Shown here: positions 40,442 through 49,758 of the stretch, one piece after another
Position numbering within the stretch: position 1 is the stretch's first letter
Layout of the letters: every line of letters starts with the position of its first letter
Assembly: GCA_016188475.1 (NCBI GenBank)
Contig: JACPHT010000001.1
Location: forward strand, 138 to 64,137
From: Candidatus Uhrbacteria bacterium
GTDB taxonomy: Bacteria > Patescibacteriota > Patescibacteriia > UBA9934 > GWF2-40-263
Reading direction: 5' to 3'
Length of the DNA: 64,000 nt
The notes under the pieces: model-generated
The model's database searches: none
The model's input: the letters and a program-made list of their open reading frames with translations, nothing else
What the model was told of the DNA's origin: nothing
Made by a program: the position numbers and the translations under genes

Positions 40442-40828
40442 TTAAATCGCACCAATATATTTTTGAATTAACTCAATATCTTTTTTGTCTTTTTCTCTTC
40501 CGAATTGTTTTTTCCATTCAATGACGTATTTCAGTTGCACAAAAGGAAAACTCGCTATTGTTTCTGCATTCTCAATCATTTCATTTATCCTGTCAGACAA
40601 TTCCAACCAATTCCTAAAAATTTCTACGTTGCCGATTTTAAGGCATGTCGAATTATCATGTAATGACATCGGGTATTTTTGAACCAGAATATCCCACAAG
40701 TCTTGTTTGACGATTATATCCAAATCTTCGGACTCTCTGATTCCTCTAACCGCCATTGAACCGCTTCCAAAAATCGCAAATTTTCCCGTCGGTAATTTTA
40801 ACAACTCAAGTTCACTAAGATATTTCAT
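40442..40828 (-). CDS. nucleotidyltransferase-fold protein
   Basis: GSGSMAVRGIRESEDLDIIV resembles the GS...D.D minimal nucleotidyltransferase motif. Confidence 0.4.
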   Translation of the reverse strand: MKYLSELELLKLPTGKFAIFGSGSMAVRGIRESEDLDIIVKQDLWDILVQKYPMSLHDNSTCLKIGNVEIFRNWLELSDRINEMIENAETIASFPFVQLKYVIEWKKQFGREKDKKDIELIQKYIGAI

Positions 40829-40844
40829 ATTTATTGCACTAGGC

Positions 40845-40935
40845 CGGAAATAAATTTCAGATAATGTATCGTGGAAGCCGAAGTTTGTCGTAGCGTAGCG
40901 TAGACAAATTTGCGTGAGCGAGCGTTAAAAATTAT
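40845..40935. other. attC-like imperfect palindrome (outermost recognisable cassette junction)
   Basis: AGCGTAG-rich dyad ending in a GTTAAAA-type box between two minus-strand genes. Confidence 0.35.
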
Positions 40936-40939
40936 TTTC

Positions 40940-41170
40940 TTATACCAAAAAACCATATTCTATTATTAACCCTATGACAAGAAGACTGAGTCCTACAAAG
41001 AATGAGGCCCACCATGGGTGATTTTTTATCTCTTGGCTAAAATGTTTGAGTCGAATGAGTTTGGTATTTTTTCCTGAAGTCTTAACGGTGGGCCGATTAC
41101 CAATAAAGTCACAGTCTTCGACTGTACAGTTATCTCCAGTAATATCTATAAATGGTTTTTTGTCTTCCAT
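40940..41170 (-). CDS. cassette-encoded small membrane protein
   Basis: 76 aa; C-terminal TM helix. Confidence 0.4.
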   Translation of the reverse strand: MEDKKPFIDITGDNCTVEDCDFIGNRPTVKTSGKNTKLIRLKHFSQEIKNHPWWASFFVGLSLLVIGLIIEYGFLV

Positions 41171-41209
41171 AAGAAAATAATTTTTAGCGAGCTAGCCGGC
41201 TAGCCAGTG

Positions 41210-41663
41210 TTAAGTGATGTTGCACACTATTTTCTCGGATTCTTTTAGGATTGTTTTGGCCAATGATCGTTCTTTGCTTGTTGTGGGATGAAAATGTATT
41301 TCTGTTTGATATTTTGGCCACTGATCATGCTGAACACGGAAAAAATGGACGATCTCTGCCTCAATAGCTTCAACATGAACACTATCCTCGAAAATCCATA
41401 CAATCAATGAGTGATCGCCATCTTCTTTTAGCCATTTATAACCATGATAGCCTGTTTTGTGATTTGGCTTTACGCCATACCGAATACGAGAACTCATTGA
41501 TTGTTTTGTGATGCCTACATAGTTAATGAGTCCATTTTTTCCGACCAAATATATCTTTTTTCCCTTTTTCGTGACCGGAGCTACAAAATGTCTGATTCCG
41601 TCATTGGCCAAAACAGAAACAATCTCATTATCCTTTACTTTGATTTTGTAAACAAAGTTCATA
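41210..41663 (-). CDS. cassette-encoded GIY-YIG nuclease-like protein
   Basis: KIYLVGKNGLINYVGITKQSMSSRIRYG fits the GIY-x10-YVG-T...R pattern; start at ATG 41663, with GTG alternative at 41680. Confidence 0.5.
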
Positions 41664-41680
41664 ATAGTGCGCAATTTCAC

Positions 41681-41819
41681 TTAACGGCCGGCGGCTGATC
41701 CGAAGTAAAAAGACACCTGACGTTTTTATGTTACAGGTGTCTTTTTATTTTGGATAGCCGCCTGTTGTGCGACGTCGCTTTGCGACGGAGCGCAACAGAG
41801 GCGAAGCCGCCGGCATAAC
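41681..41819. repeat. cassette-junction element, copy 1 (short variant)
   Basis: TTAACGGCCGGCGGC...AAAAAGACACCTG-acgtttttatgtta-CAGGTGTCTTTTT...GCCGCCGGCATAAC. Confidence 0.85.
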
Positions 41820-41882
41820 GTTTGCGTGTATGCGGTGTGGCGTCAGCCATATCGTATACACGCTGTTGTACGGAGTTTGGGC

Positions 41883-42065
41883 TTATCCTTCTCTTGCTTC
41901 TCTTTCTGCTTCGATTTTTTCCAATATCTCTCGTACTTTTTCAGGAGACGCACCAAGCTCTTCGAAGAATCTTACTTGGTCCGATGGAGGAATGGCCATT
42001 AATTTATCCAGGGCATCTTTGGCCTCAGACTCTTGAACTTCATGCTCTCGTGGTTGTTCTCTCAT
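41883..42065 (-). CDS. cassette-encoded small acidic protein
   Basis: 60-aa ORF flanked by attC-like palindromes. Confidence 0.3.
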   Translation of the reverse strand: MREQPREHEVQESEAKDALDKLMAIPPSDQVRFFEELGASPEKVREILEKIEAEREAREG

Positions 42066-42211
42066 ATGTTTAACTTGTTACTGATAAATAGCTAATGTTT
42101 AAATAATAGGATAAGACCAAATTTCGTGCAACGTTCGCGTATGATCCGACGTGATCGACCAGAGGGAGATCATGTTGGATATACGCTGTTAAGCGCCGTA
42201 CTCATTAACAA

Positions 42212-42448
42212 TTACATCGAAGAAAACGGGTCTCCGCATTGAGGACACCTGTCTGAGTTAACTAATCCGTAACTGGTTTTGCAATTTGCGCAATATACAT
42301 TTGCTGCACTTGTACGTCCGTTGGGATCTGGAACCATGGGCACTTTGCATTGAGAGCAAAGCAACTCATTACTGCCAGCGACGGCGGCAATATCAACTGT
42401 ACTATTGCATTGTGGACATTTGTACCCAAAAAATGAACCTGTTTGCAT
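42212..42448 (-). CDS. cassette-encoded zinc-ribbon protein (four CxxC pairs)
   Basis: CPQCN...CSQCK...CANCK...CPQCG. Confidence 0.5.
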   Translation of the reverse strand: MQTGSFFGYKCPQCNSTVDIAAVAGSNELLCSQCKVPMVPDPNGRTSAANVYCANCKTSYGLVNSDRCPQCGDPFSSM

Positions 42449-42466
42449 ATTTTTTCTTATTAAGAA

Positions 42467-42982
42467 TTAGGAACCTATATAAGTTGCAGTGATGTTTCCT
42501 TCTCCCTCGGCTGTGGATTTTGTGCCAGGTTTGAAAAATGTAGGCTTGGTTGTTTTGATGCCAGTTACATTACCTTTGCCTCTAGCAGTGTGTTCGCCGT
42601 CGATGGTAGTAATGAGAGAATTTAAACTTTTGTTCAAATTCTGGGTGGCCCACTCTTCATGCTCTTTTTTCCATTGTTTTAGTTGATCTACAGAGAAATC
42701 AATGCCATTATTTTTGTCGATCATATCAGCACAATTTGAACAAAGAAAAATACCATTATTTGTAGATTTTCTCTGTTCTGATGTTAAGTTTGAGTCATAT
42801 CTTGGGCCACCCTCTGCCGCAGCGGTTATATGGGCTGCTTTGCCTATGTATATAAATTTGTCCTCATTTTCTGCTGATGGGCAAAGTGTCAAATTTTTGC
42901 AATCAGGATTTGAGCAGATATAGGAGGCCCGTTTTCCTATTGCTTCAACTGTATTTTTATCAAATTCGTCTCGAGTTGACAT
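42467..42982 (-). CDS. cassette-encoded HNH endonuclease-like protein
   Basis: CSNPDCKN...AAHI...NGIFLCSNCADMID resembles the HNH beta-beta-alpha-metal motif. Confidence 0.45.
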   Translation of the reverse strand: MSTRDEFDKNTVEAIGKRASYICSNPDCKNLTLCPSAENEDKFIYIGKAAHITAAAEGGPRYDSNLTSEQRKSTNNGIFLCSNCADMIDKNNGIDFSVDQLKQWKKEHEEWATQNLNKSLNSLITTIDGEHTARGKGNVTGIKTTKPTFFKPGTKSTAEGEGNITATYIGS

Positions 42983-43007
42983 AATTTTGTATGTTAATGG
43001 GTATGGC

Positions 43008-43179
43008 GCTTAACGGCCGGCGGCTGATCCGAAGTAAAAAGACACCTGACGTTTTTATGTTACAGGTGTCTTTTTATTTTGGATAGCCGTCTGTTGTGCG
43101 ACGTCGCTTTGCGACGGAGCGCAACAGAGGCGAAGCCGCCGGCCGTTATGCCGATAGAGCAAAGCGATGTCGGCATAAC
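43008..43179. repeat. cassette-junction element, copy 2
   Basis: Near-identical to the other six copies. Confidence 0.85.
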
Positions 43180-43307
43180 GTCCCGCACTTTGCGATGTTT
43201 TGGCCTGTTATAATTTAGCACGAAGTGCTTGAACAGGCCAAAATATGGGCGTAGCGACTGAAAGGAGCGGAGCCGCAAAGTGCGTGTTAAGTGATGTTTT
43301 TATTTTT

Positions 43308-43931
43308 TCAAAGTATGCCAATTGGGCCGATTATTCTAAAGCCCTTCCGAATTGTTTCTTCGGTGTTGATTTCCCAGCACAGTGTCCCATTATAATCCAA
43401 GAATGAAACACCTAAAATTGCGTTATTTCGGGAGGGCGTTTTACTTGCTTTTTCTTGTATAGAATCAAAAATCTTCTTGGTCTTTCCCTTCATATTTTGA
43501 GGAAATTGTACCGGTTTTCTTTGTAGTTCATATGTGACTAAAAATTGCACAAATTTTTTCCAATTTGCTCGTTCACTTAGGAGTGCTCTACTAATGTTTA
43601 GTTCATCGCAGAGATTTTCAATGTTCGTTTTGAGCAAATGAAGGGAAAGACCTTCAATTACGGCGTCATTAATCCAAGTTCCTTCATTTGGATTTTTGTT
43701 ATGAGCGATCACCGCATCTGTTAAAAGTTCCAAAATTCTGAAAGCCGTAATTGAACCGGAGATTTTTGTGTGCAAGGCCCAATTGGCATACAAATTTAAG
43801 TATGGATATTTAGACTGGAAGCCTTTCTCTTCAATGATGTGCCGAAAGGCTGTCATTATTCGGAGGATATCATTTTTACTCCAATTACTATGCGAGAGTA
43901 ATTCTGTGATGTTTTTGATGTGATCTTCCAT
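43308..43931 (-). CDS. cassette-encoded hypothetical protein
   Basis: 207-aa ORF flanked by 27-bp inverted repeats that begin with GTTAAGTGA. Confidence 0.5.
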   Translation of the reverse strand: MEDHIKNITELLSHSNWSKNDILRIMTAFRHIIEEKGFQSKYPYLNLYANWALHTKISGSITAFRILELLTDAVIAHNKNPNEGTWINDAVIEGLSLHLLKTNIENLCDELNISRALLSERANWKKFVQFLVTYELQRKPVQFPQNMKGKTKKIFDSIQEKASKTPSRNNAILGVSFLDYNGTLCWEINTEETIRKGFRIIGPIGIL

Positions 43932-43949
43932 ACTTAAATTTGAAAAATA

Positions 43950-44035
43950 AAAATTTCACTTAACGTTTCGCGATATCCGACGTTTCGTAGAAATGTGGCT
44001 TTAGCCTTTACGGATATCGCGTGTTAGGCGAGGCT
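43950..44035. other. canonical attC-like site
   Basis: ACTTAAC-GTTTCGCGATATCCG...CGGATATCGCG-T-GTTAGGC: RYYYAAC and GTTRRRY boxes with complementary inner arms. Confidence 0.6.
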
Positions 44036-44064
44036 TCAGCTCTTGAGTTTGAATTTAAACTTTT

Positions 44065-44460
44065 TTAATATTTATCCTTAATGTATTTAAGAACTTCTAT
44101 ATCGTGGTCAATAATCTTTAGCTTGTTTATCTCGGAAAGATGAAACCAACCAAAATTTTGTCCTTCGCCTAAAGTAATTATTTTACTCGGATCAAATTCT
44201 TCCACAAAAACATGTTTTTCATTGGTTTCATCTTTCGACAAAAAATCTTGCTTCATTATCATCTTAGGGTTTTTGAGTGTGTAATTCAGCTCTTCAAGTG
44301 TTTCTCGCTTCACAGCCTGTTCTGGAGTTTCACCAGCTTCAATACCGCCACCGAAAAAAGCCCAATATCCAGGCAACCTTTCAGCATCTTCAGCACGATG
44401 TTGAAGTAAGATTTTTTTGTCTTGGTCGTATAAAATTATAATAGCTACGTTTCTCGCCAT
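44065..44460 (-). CDS. cassette-encoded NUDIX hydrolase
   Basis: Nudix box GGGIEAGETPEQAVKRETLEELNY; ORF flanked by 26-bp perfect inverted repeats TTTGAATTTAAACTTTTTTAATATTT. Confidence 0.8.
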   Translation of the reverse strand: MARNVAIIILYDQDKKILLQHRAEDAERLPGYWAFFGGGIEAGETPEQAVKRETLEELNYTLKNPKMIMKQDFLSKDETNEKHVFVEEFDPSKIITLGEGQNFGWFHLSEINKLKIIDHDIEVLKYIKDKY

Positions 44461-44518
44461 ATAGAAGTTCTTAAATGTTAAAATAAAGAAATATTAAAAA
44501 AGTTTAAATTCAAATTTC

Positions 44519-44690
44519 GCCTAACGGCCGGCGGCTGATCCGAAGTAAAAAGACACCTGACGTTTTTATGTTACAGGTGTCTTTTTATTTTGGATAGCCG
44601 CCTGTTGTGCGACGTCGCTTTGCAACGGAGCACAACAGAGGCGAAGCCGCCGGCCGTTATGCCGACAGAGCAAAGCGATGTCGGCATAAC
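44519..44690. repeat. cassette-junction element, copy 3
   Basis: Near-identical copy. Confidence 0.85.
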
Positions 44691-44921
44691 GTTCGTGTGT
44701 ATCTGAAGTTTTCATTCCGCTTCAATGGAATAAACTTTGATTATTAGATACACGCTTTTTAATAGAACCCCACCCAAATCCTCATCAAAACTAAGGGATG
44801 AAAATTTGGGCGGAGGAAAATTGGCACTCCTTAAGGATTTAATTAACGCCAATTTTCCATAGCCAGATACACGCTGTTATACGCTGTAATAAAAAGCCGA
44901 TTCGTTATTGATTTTGGCAAT

Positions 44922-45164
44922 TTATTTTTCTGTTTTGGAACCAAGAAATTTTCCCTCCACTACAACATCTTGTAATGCATTGAATAATTGAAGAACGCCG
45001 TTGCGGTGTTCCTCATTAACTTGAGGAAGTATTTCTTGAGTTAAACGAGCAAGACCTTCTGTAACTTTCCCTTTTGCATATTCTGGTAATGCTTTCATAT
45101 TGGGAGTCAATTCTACTGATAGCGAGGCTTTTGCGCCAACCTCTGGCCTGAATGTTTCTGTCAT
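44922..45164 (-). CDS. cassette-encoded hypothetical protein
   Basis: 80-aa ORF. Confidence 0.35.
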   Translation of the reverse strand: MTETFRPEVGAKASLSVELTPNMKALPEYAKGKVTEGLARLTQEILPQVNEEHRNGVLQLFNALQDVVVEGKFLGSKTEK

Positions 45165-45274
45165 ATTTTTTTAAGTTAATTATTACTTTGATTATACTAT
45201 GAGTTATACTCGACCGCTTCAAATAAATTGCCAAAATCAATATTCAAATTTCACAATCGGCTTTTTATTATGGC

Positions 45275-45446
45275 GTATAACGGCCGGCGGCTGATCCGAA
45301 GTAAAAAGACACCTGACGTTTTTATGTTACAGGTGTCTTTTTATTTTGGATAGCCGCCGGTTGTGCGACGTCGCTTTGCGACGGAGCGCAACAGAGGCGA
45401 AGCCGCCGGCCGTTATGCCGACAGAGCAAAGCGATGTCGGCATAAC
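45275..45446. repeat. cassette-junction element, copy 4
   Basis: Near-identical copy; terminator hairpin at 45303-45347. Confidence 0.85.
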
Positions 45447-45689
45447 GTTCCTGCGTATGCGATGTTTGCCAGTGGTATAATTGCACGAAGTGCTTACCAC
45501 TGGCAAATATGGGTGGAGGCTTGCGGAGGTACGAAGCAAGCCGTAACCGCATACGCAGTGTTATATGATGTACATGTTTTCCTTTAATTTCTGAAAGAAA
45601 TTGCTCTTATAAAAGAATCCGGTTTTGTTTTTCCGTTTGGGGCGAAGGGCAGAGGGGATTAAGGGGTGAATGCCCGAGCCCCAAACACT

Positions 45690-46298
45690 TTAATCTTCTT
45701 CACCCTCAATTCTTTTTCTGCGCTCATCTAGCGTTTCGCCTTCATACATCCAATAAGCTGTTCCTTGAATTCCGTAATCATAACCGAGAATTTTTTGTGC
45801 AGAAGAAGAAAGACTTGTAACTTTGCCATTAAAATTGATGGATTTATTATCAACCACATTTGCCTTAATGTTTTCATCGCGACTAAAAATTAATTCTGCA
45901 CCAACCGGAATGTTGACCATCTTAAAATTAAACTTAGCTCGCATTTCTGCACGTGCTTGATTTAGGGCATGCTGATCTTCTTTTGATTCCACGAAGTCTT
46001 TTTTAGGCGTAATATCTTCAATCTCTGCCAATTTAAGTGCAGAAACTACACGTTCTGGAGAGATTTGAAAAAATTCTCGTCTTGGATTTGTTCGGTTATT
46101 GTCAAATGCATCATGTAGCTGATGTTCAACAAAGGCTGCGTCTTTTACGGTACATGCGTAGAAACAAGTAAAAGGAAGTGGAACGCTCGTGGAAGCGCTA
46201 AGCTCTCTAATCCTTTGCTCAAGGCTTGTTGAAGTTTTGCCAATTTTTACATATCCAGGCATGGCTTCATTGATGAGAATGTAGATGATTTCAATCAT
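45690..46298 (-). CDS. T5orf172 (GIY-YIG-like) domain protein, second gene of the candidate defense pair
   Basis: IYILINEAMPGYVKIGKT...RIREL...PLPF...RREFF matches the T5orf172 pattern; start ATG overlaps the upstream stop (ATGA). Confidence 0.6.
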   Translation of the reverse strand: MIEIIYILINEAMPGYVKIGKTSTSLEQRIRELSASTSVPLPFTCFYACTVKDAAFVEHQLHDAFDNNRTNPRREFFQISPERVVSALKLAEIEDITPKKDFVESKEDQHALNQARAEMRAKFNFKMVNIPVGAELIFSRDENIKANVVDNKSINFNGKVTSLSSSAQKILGYDYGIQGTAYWMYEGETLDERRKRIEGEED

Positions 46299-48013
46299 AA
46301 TTTTATAGATTTATTTGGTGCTAAAAGTTCCTTAATTTTTGAAATTAAAGGTTTGAAATTCCCAAAAGTATCCGAGCTGGTTTCAGCTTGAACTTTATTT
46401 AAAAATTTGCCTTTATCGAAAGTGGTGATTGACGTAGTTGCACTATATGAGCCAGGTCTTACTTCCGTAGAGTAAACGTCATCTGTGAATAAGGTATCGG
46501 GGTATAGATTTTCAATGCCAACAGCTTTTCCATCTTTATCTTTAGCCTTTGTATTTGCAGAATTTTCCGCAAAGCAAAACTTTTTAAAGCTTTCTGTTTC
46601 TGTAATGCTGTTTATCATGGAGGCGCAGTCACAATCCCAAACAAAAAGGAACTTTCCGCTAAAATCACCGGACGACATTACGTCAAAAGCGTTTTTCAAC
46701 TGTTGCCCGCGCTTATCTGGCGAACCTTCTATAATTTTAATTTGACTAAGTAAAGTGTTGTCGAGGATTTCAAAAGCTTTTTTAATATGCTCTGTATTAT
46801 TTCCCTCCGTAACAATTTGTAAACTTTTCGTGCCATCAATCTCTTTTTGTATTTTTAAACCCTTTTCAAAGGTTATGATCCCCTCGCTTAAAAGGTTAAT
46901 AGCGTCTCCCTGTGATATTTTTCTGATTTTTTCATTTTTTTTGCCCTTCTGTATCTCAAATAGTGATTCTTCATATGCTAATGCGACCGTGGTCGGAGAA
47001 TGGGTAGCAAGAATAACCTTACAGCCGTTTTTTATGAACACATTTTGAATCACATCCAATAAATCTTGAATCATGGATGGATGAAGTGATGCATCTACTT
47101 CATCAAGAAGTAACAATGCAGGAAATTCTGATTTGTTATCTTGATAAACTGTAATAGCCAGTGCGCACAATATCTTTTCACCCGATGACAAGTCTTCAAA
47201 ATCAATTTCTTCATCATCTATGGAGAGTTTTACTTGAAATGATACAGCTTGACTATTTATCAGATCTCCAGCTGTAAATTCTGGATGTGAAATAGTATGA
47301 AGTAGCCCAAACTCTTTAAACATGCTGTTTACAAAATTCCATGGAGATTGTTCTTCTATTTTTTTGATTTGGCTATCGTTTAATCCTTCTCCGCCGTCGC
47401 TTTCTCTTAATTTTGCCACGGTTAGTTTTTTTTGATAATCAAGAAAAACTTCGCTTAAACTTTCTAGAAGCTCGTACTCATCTGGGCTGTAGTTTGAAAA
47501 TTTAAAAAATTCTGCCTGTGTGATTTCCGAAGCGTATTTAACAGACTCGAATACGCCCGTTTTTAAAAGCTTCTTAATTTTGGGATTATCTTTTGTATGC
47601 TTATTTATAAAGGTTAGAATATCCTTTTTTTGTTCAGCGTATTTTTGTTTTTGTGCTTTTGGCACTTCAAAATCATAGGGGTACTCCTTTTCGCCCACGA
47701 ATGTTTTAATTTGATTGTCGTAATTTTGGAATTGTTGCCTTTGAGAATTTAAGATATTCCACGCTTGCATTTTTTCATCATCAAGATTCCGTGGGGCAAT
47801 TTTAGCCTGGTTCTTTATGAGAAATGTTTGTAGGTTAAAGTACGAAATCCTTTCTTTTTGTATGTTGTCAGCTGAAACAAAGCCCTCTTGCATCGCCTTG
47901 AGCAAGTGAGTTTTTCCAGCGCCGTTTACACCTAGAAATATCGAAAAGTCCTTAATATCAATTTCACTAAAGTTGGCGATTGATTTATGTTTTTGATTGA
48001 ATTTAATATTCAT
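46295..48013 (-). CDS. OLD-like ABC-type ATPase fused to a C-terminal TOPRIM-like nuclease domain
   Basis: Walker A GVNGAGKTHLLKA, ABC signature LSSGEKI, Walker B LLLLDEVDASLHP, H-loop ATHSP; C-terminal IVTEGNNTE ... FVWDCDC resembles TOPRIM Glu and DxD. Confidence 0.6.
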   Translation of the reverse strand: MNIKFNQKHKSIANFSEIDIKDFSIFLGVNGAGKTHLLKAMQEGFVSADNIQKERISYFNLQTFLIKNQAKIAPRNLDDEKMQAWNILNSQRQQFQNYDNQIKTFVGEKEYPYDFEVPKAQKQKYAEQKKDILTFINKHTKDNPKIKKLLKTGVFESVKYASEITQAEFFKFSNYSPDEYELLESLSEVFLDYQKKLTVAKLRESDGGEGLNDSQIKKIEEQSPWNFVNSMFKEFGLLHTISHPEFTAGDLINSQAVSFQVKLSIDDEEIDFEDLSSGEKILCALAITVYQDNKSEFPALLLLDEVDASLHPSMIQDLLDVIQNVFIKNGCKVILATHSPTTVALAYEESLFEIQKGKKNEKIRKISQGDAINLLSEGIITFEKGLKIQKEIDGTKSLQIVTEGNNTEHIKKAFEILDNTLLSQIKIIEGSPDKRGQQLKNAFDVMSSGDFSGKFLFVWDCDCASMINSITETESFKKFCFAENSANTKAKDKDGKAVGIENLYPDTLFTDDVYSTEVRPGSYSATTSITTFDKGKFLNKVQAETSSDTFGNFKPLISKIKELLAPNKSIKL

Positions 48014-48192
48014 AGTTTACTTCAAGTGTGGAAATCACAAATTGGCGTTATTTTACTCCGTTTCCTCCTATAAATAAATCGTTTTCGGAGCGGAGCGTAG
48101 AAAACTCCTTATTTCCCCTCTATAAAAAAAGAAAAACAAAACCGGATTCTTTTTAAGAGCTTGGCGAAGCCAAAAAGGAAAACATGTATTTC

Positions 48193-48340
48193 ATATAACG
48201 GCTGGCGGCTGATCCGAAGTAAAAAGACACCTGACGTTTTTATGTTACAGGTGTCTTTTTATTTTGGATAGCCGCCTGTTGTGCGACGTCGCTTTGCGAC
48301 GGAGCGCAACAGAGGCGAAGCCGCCGGCCGTTATGCCGAC
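48193..48340. repeat. cassette-junction element, copy 5
   Basis: Near-identical copy (CGGCTGG variant at the left arm). Confidence 0.85.
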
Positions 48341-48481
48341 AGAGGCGGAACAAAAATTTGGGAGAAGGAATTTTTCTTACCTTGAATTATAAATGTGAAA
48401 AATTCCTGAACCGGATATGCCGTGTTGTGCGATGTCCGCATTTGCCCGCCCTTGTTAGTTGGAAATGGATGCCCCGAAATC

Positions 48482-49060
48482 TTATTGCAAAATCTTTTCC
48501 AATAGTTCAGGAAACTCCTCGGTTTTCATATCGCCCAAGCAGTAATGACCTCGCCCTTTTAGCTCGACAATCTCGCCACCAAGCACCTCATGAAAAATTT
48601 TTAAACTTTTTTTACCGTCTTCCTCCTCGTCGTCCGCAGTGAACATAACTATTTGATTTATCCTATCCTTGATAGACGAGTCAATCTGATATGTATAGAA
48701 ATTTACATCGGTACCACTTCTTTTTTCTTGCGGAATTTTCCAAGGCGCGACTAAAAAAAGTTTAAAAATTTTGGTCTTAGTCTCACTAAGCCAGCGAACC
48801 AAGAAGGCGCAACCGCAACTATGTCCAACTAAAATTGTGTTTTCATCAACAGTATATTTTTCAAATTCAGCCTTAAATTTTTCATAATCAGGTTGCCAAG
48901 GCGAGGGCATGAGAGGAGTTTCCGTTTCAATATTTTTTGCAATAAGATTTCTTTTTAACCACGGAATCCAGTGCTTGTCATAAGTCCTTGTTTCAGGATT
49001 CATCGCTTTTTCAGCATCAGAGGGGCATCCATGGATTATGATACATCTATTCTTTGTCAT
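48482..49060 (-). CDS. cassette-encoded alpha/beta hydrolase (RBBP9/YdeN-like serine hydrolase)
   Basis: IIIHGCPS ... LVGHSCG nucleophile elbow. Confidence 0.55.
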   Translation of the reverse strand: MTKNRCIIIHGCPSDAEKAMNPETRTYDKHWIPWLKRNLIAKNIETETPLMPSPWQPDYEKFKAEFEKYTVDENTILVGHSCGCAFLVRWLSETKTKIFKLFLVAPWKIPQEKRSGTDVNFYTYQIDSSIKDRINQIVMFTADDEEEDGKKSLKIFHEVLGGEIVELKGRGHYCLGDMKTEEFPELLEKILQ

Positions 49061-49325
49061 ATGGTTGAATGTTATTTTTAGCACTAGGGCAAATGCGGAT
49101 TTCGCACAACGTATCCAAATATCTGAAGTTTCGCACTTTGGTTTTAAGGCTAAAATCTTTGATATCCAGACTATTTTGTTAGTTTAATTATACTATACAT
49201 TATCACAAAACGGAAAAGTGCGAAATTTGGGTCGAGAAAATTTTTCACTCTTTATTATTTCTAATAAATGAAAAATTTTGGAGCCAGATATTTGGTGTTC
49301 AACGATGTTGCGAGGATTTTCGTTT

Positions 49326-49547
49326 TTATTTCTCAGAATGTTTTAATTTAATCAAATCATATATTGCAGAAACGGTAAAAATAATTTGCAAAATAATAAA
49401 TATTAAATCGCTTAGGTAAATACTGTATATTTCCAGGCATACTCCGCCAACAATATACATCAAGTCCTGCGTACGACGATTTTTATTTATAATGCCAGCG
49501 GATATTAATAATAATCCGACCGCGCCTATCATCTTAAAAATTGACAT
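49326..49547 (-). CDS. cassette-encoded small membrane protein
   Basis: About 73 aa; three hydrophobic helices. Confidence 0.4.
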   Translation of the reverse strand: MSIFKMIGAVGLLLISAGIINKNRRTQDLMYIVGGVCLEIYSIYLSDLIFIILQIIFTVSAIYDLIKLKHSEK

Positions 49548-49594
49548 ATTATTTTGCAAATTATTTTGTTTTCAGGAAAAAATCCTCGCAATTT

Positions 49595-49700
49595 CGTTGA
49601 ACGTTCACCGATAAGCGAAGTTTTATTGAGCAAAGCGAAATAAAATTTGCGAAAAACTCGGGCTGAGAGTTTTTCCGCTTATCGCGTTGTTATACGCCCC
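49595..49700. other. attC-like site
   Basis: TTGAAC-GTTCACCGATAAGCG...CGCTTATCGCG-T-GTTATAC. Confidence 0.55.
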
Positions 49701-49758
49701 GAGCGAAACGAAGTGTAGCGAGAGCGCAGCGTGGTGCGGAGCGTAGCGGAGCAAGTTG

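Noticed and set aside
43060-43278. Small ORFs lying entirely inside the 150-bp junction elements (43060..43278, 45322..45552, 45327..45539, 45363..45587, 52114..52305)
   Set aside because: They are read through GC-rich palindromic repeats on either strand and have no start context or conservation of frame between copies; repeat-derived artefacts.
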